Of a stretch of 47,899 bases of DNA, positions 45,514 to 47,899 are shown one piece after another (position 1 is the stretch's first letter; each line of letters begins with the position of its first letter). The translations under genes and the position numbers were made by a program. The notes under the pieces are model-generated. The model did not search any database, was not told where the DNA came from, and saw only the letters and a program-made list of their open reading frames with translations. The DNA is from a virus (lineage: Duplodnaviria > Caudoviricetes): the IMG/VR virus record IMGVR_UViG_3300048599_000741, positions 1-47,899 of that record; one strand, 5' to 3'.

Positions 45514-45929
45514 CGAAAACCCCGAACCCGATCGACCAGCACATCGGCCGCCGCATTCGCATGCGGCGCATGCAACTCTCGACGAGTCAGGAAAAACTCG
45601 GCGACGCGCTCGGCCTGACATTCCAGCAGGTGCAGAAATACGAAAAGGGCACCAACCGCGTCGGCGGCAGCCGCATGGTGCAGATCGCCGCGGCGCTGGA
45701 AACGACGCCGGCTTTCTTTTTCGAAGGCGCACCGGGCAAGACGGCGGCGGGCGGGCGCCATGCGCAGGTCGCGCTCGAAACGCAGTTCATGTCACTGCCC
45801 GGCGCGGCCGATCTCGCCGCGCATTTCGTCGCGATCAGCGACCCGATCGCCCGCCGGCGCATCGTCGAAATGGCCGAGACCATGACGCGCATTCCGCAGG
45901 CGGCAATGAAACTGCGGAAGGCGAGTTGA
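45510..45929 (+). CDS. XRE-family HTH transcriptional regulator
   Basis: PNPID.HIG.RIR.RR...SQEKLG.ALGLTFQQVQKYEKGTNRV..SR. Confidence 0.92.
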   Translation: MTKTPNPIDQHIGRRIRMRRMQLSTSQEKLGDALGLTFQQVQKYEKGTNRVGGSRMVQIAAALETTPAFFFEGAPGKTAAGGRHAQVALETQFMSLPGAADLAAHFVAISDPIARRRIVEMAETMTRIPQAAMKLRKAS

Positions 45930-45952
45930 CGCCAGATCGACAAGGGGAGAGG

Positions 45953-46204
45953 ATGGCTATGACAACTTCATCGCGCGCCGCAATCCGGGAATCGCTTCGG
46001 GAGGAAGCCAAAGAGGGACATCGCGTGGAAATCGCCAACTTGGCCAAGCAAACCATCGCAGAGCAACACGCTAAAATCGAAGCGCTCGAACGACAGAATG
46101 TGGCACTCCGCGAGGAAACCGAACGACAACGTATTGTGATAGCCGACCTTCACCGCGAGTTGGCTGACGAAAAGGCGATTGTTGATGCGATGGCACAGCG
46201 CTGA
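45953..46204 (+). CDS. Coiled-coil hypothetical protein, 83 aa
   Basis: GGAGAGG RBS; heptad pattern; visibly lower GC. Confidence 0.6.
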   Translation: MAMTTSSRAAIRESLREEAKEGHRVEIANLAKQTIAEQHAKIEALERQNVALREETERQRIVIADLHRELADEKAIVDAMAQR

Positions 46205-46232
46205 ACACGTAAACAGCGCTGTTGAAAACGCG

Positions 46233-46258
46233 AACGCCGGGCCATAGCCCGGCGTTTT
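46233..46258 (+). terminator. Rho-independent terminator-like hairpin upstream of the integrase
   Basis: AACGCCGGG-CCATAG-CCCGGCGTT followed by TTG. Confidence 0.6.
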
Positions 46259-46279
46259 GCTTCCCGCTATAGTGAGCCC

Positions 46280-47899
46280 ATGCGCGCCGCCATCTACGCC
46301 CGATTTTCCAGCGACCGGCAGAACGATCGATCGAACGCCGATCAGATCGCGCTTGTCACCGACTATTGCGCGCGCCAAGGCTGGCAGGTCGTCGCCGTCT
46401 ATCAGGATCACGCTCTGTCCGGCGCCTCGATCATCGGCCGTGCCGATATGCAGCGGCTGTTGACGGATGCACGCGAGCGGCGCTTCGATATCGTCGTCGC
46501 CGATTCCTTGAGCCGCATCGGCCGCGACGAAGAAGATCGCGCCGGCATCCGCAAGCGCCTCGCCTTCAATGACGTGCAGATCGCGACGCCGGTCGACGGC
46601 ATCGTGACGCGGCTGGTCGACGGCATCCGCGCCGTCATGGACGGCAATTATCTGGAGGATTTGAAGCACGCGACGCGGCGCGGCATGGCCGGGCGTGTGC
46701 GCGACGGCTTGAGCGCCGGCGGACAGGCTTACGGTTATCGCGCGGTGCCGGGAGCGCCGGGCACGCGGACGATCGAGGCGCAGGAAGCCGAGATCGTGCG
46801 CGAGATTTTCGCGCGCTACGTCGCCGGCGAAACGCCGCGGACGATCGCGGCCGATCTCAATCGCCGCAGCATCGCGCCGCCGCGCGGGCGGCAGTGGAAT
46901 GCGTCGACCATCAACGGCAGCCGCCAGCGGTCGACCGGCATTCTGGAAAACGAACTCTATGCCGGCCGCATTGTCTGGAACAAAGTACGGATGGTCAAAG
47001 ACCCCGACACCGGCAAGCGCATTTCGCGGCCGAACCCATCCGGCGAGTGGCATGTCAAGGAAGCGGCCGACCTGGCGATCGTCGATCGCGCGACATTCGA
47101 CAAGGCGCAGGCGATCAAGGCCGGCAGGCGCGCCTATCCGCCGCACGTCACGCGGCAGCCGAAACGCATCCTGTCCGGCCTCTTGCGCTGCGGCGCCTGC
47201 GGCGGCGGACTGTCGATCAAGGGCCGCGATCATGACGGCACGATCCGCGTGCGCTGTTCAAGCCATCACGAAGGCCGCAGATGCCCGCAACCGCATTCAT
47301 TCAAACTGGAAACGATCGAGGCGCAGACCTTGGCCGGGCTGCGCGCGGAATTTGAGCGTCCGGCGGTGCTGGCCGAGTATGTCCGCGAGTATCACGCCGA
47401 GCGCAAGCGCCTCGCCGGCGATACATCGAAGCGGCGCGGCGAGATCGAACGGCGCATCGGCGAGATCGAGCGCGCCATCGCGCGCGCGACCGATGCACTG
47501 TTGAACGGCATCGGCGACCGCATCGAGATCGACGCGCGGTGCAAGGCGCTGCGCGCCGAGCATACCGATCTTGGCGCCGAACTGGCGGCGCTGCCGGACA
47601 CGCAACAGGTTGTCGCGCTACACCCGGCCGCGGTCGATCGCTATCTGCGCCAGGTCGCCATCCTTGAAACGCGGCTGCCGCAGGTCGTCACCGCCGGCGA
47701 TCAGGAAGCGATCGCGGCGATCCGTGACCTTGTGGAAAGCGTGACCGTCTGGCCGGGCGGCAAACCGGGCACCGTGACGATCGAGATTGCGGGACGCCTT
47801 AGCCGGTTGCTCGGTGCCGATGTGTTCCCCTCGGCCCGCGCATCGGGGGGATCGTTGGTAGCGGGGGAGGGACTTGAACCCCCGACCTACGGATTATGA
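46280..47899 (+). CDS. Large serine integrase (resolvase + recombinase + Zn-ribbon/coiled-coil), integrated-state form
   Basis: YARFSS catalytic Ser, D.ALSG....R, SRIGRD, YGY, IL.NELY.G, LSGLLRCG.CGG. Confidence 0.96.
   Translation: MRAAIYARFSSDRQNDRSNADQIALVTDYCARQGWQVVAVYQDHALSGASIIGRADMQRLLTDARERRFDIVVADSLSRIGRDEEDRAGIRKRLAFNDVQIATPVDGIVTRLVDGIRAVMDGNYLEDLKHATRRGMAGRVRDGLSAGGQAYGYRAVPGAPGTRTIEAQEAEIVREIFARYVAGETPRTIAADLNRRSIAPPRGRQWNASTINGSRQRSTGILENELYAGRIVWNKVRMVKDPDTGKRISRPNPSGEWHVKEAADLAIVDRATFDKAQAIKAGRRAYPPHVTRQPKRILSGLLRCGACGGGLSIKGRDHDGTIRVRCSSHHEGRRCPQPHSFKLETIEAQTLAGLRAEFERPAVLAEYVREYHAERKRLAGDTSKRRGEIERRIGEIERAIARATDALLNGIGDRIEIDARCKALRAEHTDLGAELAALPDTQQVVALHPAAVDRYLRQVAILETRLPQVVTAGDQEAIAAIRDLVESVTVWPGGKPGTVTIEIAGRLSRLLGADVFPSARASGGSLVAGEGLEPPTYGL
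47741..47867 (+). repeat. 127-bp exact direct repeat, copy 2, ending at the phage-host crossover
   Basis: Identical to 1-127. Confidence 0.97.
47856..47899 (-). tRNA. 3' half of a host tRNA with CAU anticodon (probably tRNA-Met; Ile2 not excluded), truncated by the window edge; integration target
   Basis: Reverse complement TCATAATCCGTAGGTCGGGGGTTCAAGTCCCTCCCCCGCTACCA: CAT at canonical 34-36, T-loop TTCAAGT, CCA end. Confidence 0.9.

Larger units (their letters stand above)
1..47867. mobile_element. Temperate phage/prophage with lambda-like head, Mu-like contractile tail and serine integrase, integrating at a tRNA(CAU) 3' end
   Basis: Integration, immunity, replication, packaging, head, tail and lysis modules are all present and bounded by att sequences. 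Confidence 0.96.

Noticed and set aside
1-47899. Genome-wide amber stop reassignment suggested by the TAG at 12722
   Set aside because: Other genes end normally at TAG (terminase, chaperone extension), no other gene is broken, and no suppressor tRNA is present

Overview
An essentially complete ~47.7 kb GC-rich temperate phage genome. The host is probably an alphaproteobacterium of the Rhizobiales type, inferred from the GapR homolog, XRE regulator style, GAAC-N7-GAAC box and FtsZ-like motif. Minus strand, right to left: early/replication genes (SSB, GapR, HD hydrolase, three DNA methyltransferases, primase, P4/D5 helicase, iteron origin), a lambda-like cos/terminase/portal head module, a Mu-like contractile tail, two tail fibres, a lysis cassette and a phosphoesterase + dNTP-diphosphohydrolase pair. 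Plus strand: CI-like repressor, small accessory genes and a large serine integrase. Bases 1-127 are identical to 47741-47867. The left copy continues as a symmetric attP, and the right copy continues into the 3' half of a CAU-anticodon tRNA. The window therefore shows both the attP and the integrated junction, and the integrase has a different C-terminus in each state. Other notable points: a small protein ending in an FtsZ C-terminal-peptide mimic, a major capsid protein with a signal-peptide-like N-terminus, a LexA-type box before the lytic operon, a -1 frameshift in the tail chaperone, an in-frame amber stop splitting the Mu N-like gene, and candidate structured RNAs and micro-ORFs. All functional calls come from motif recognition by eye; no searches were run.
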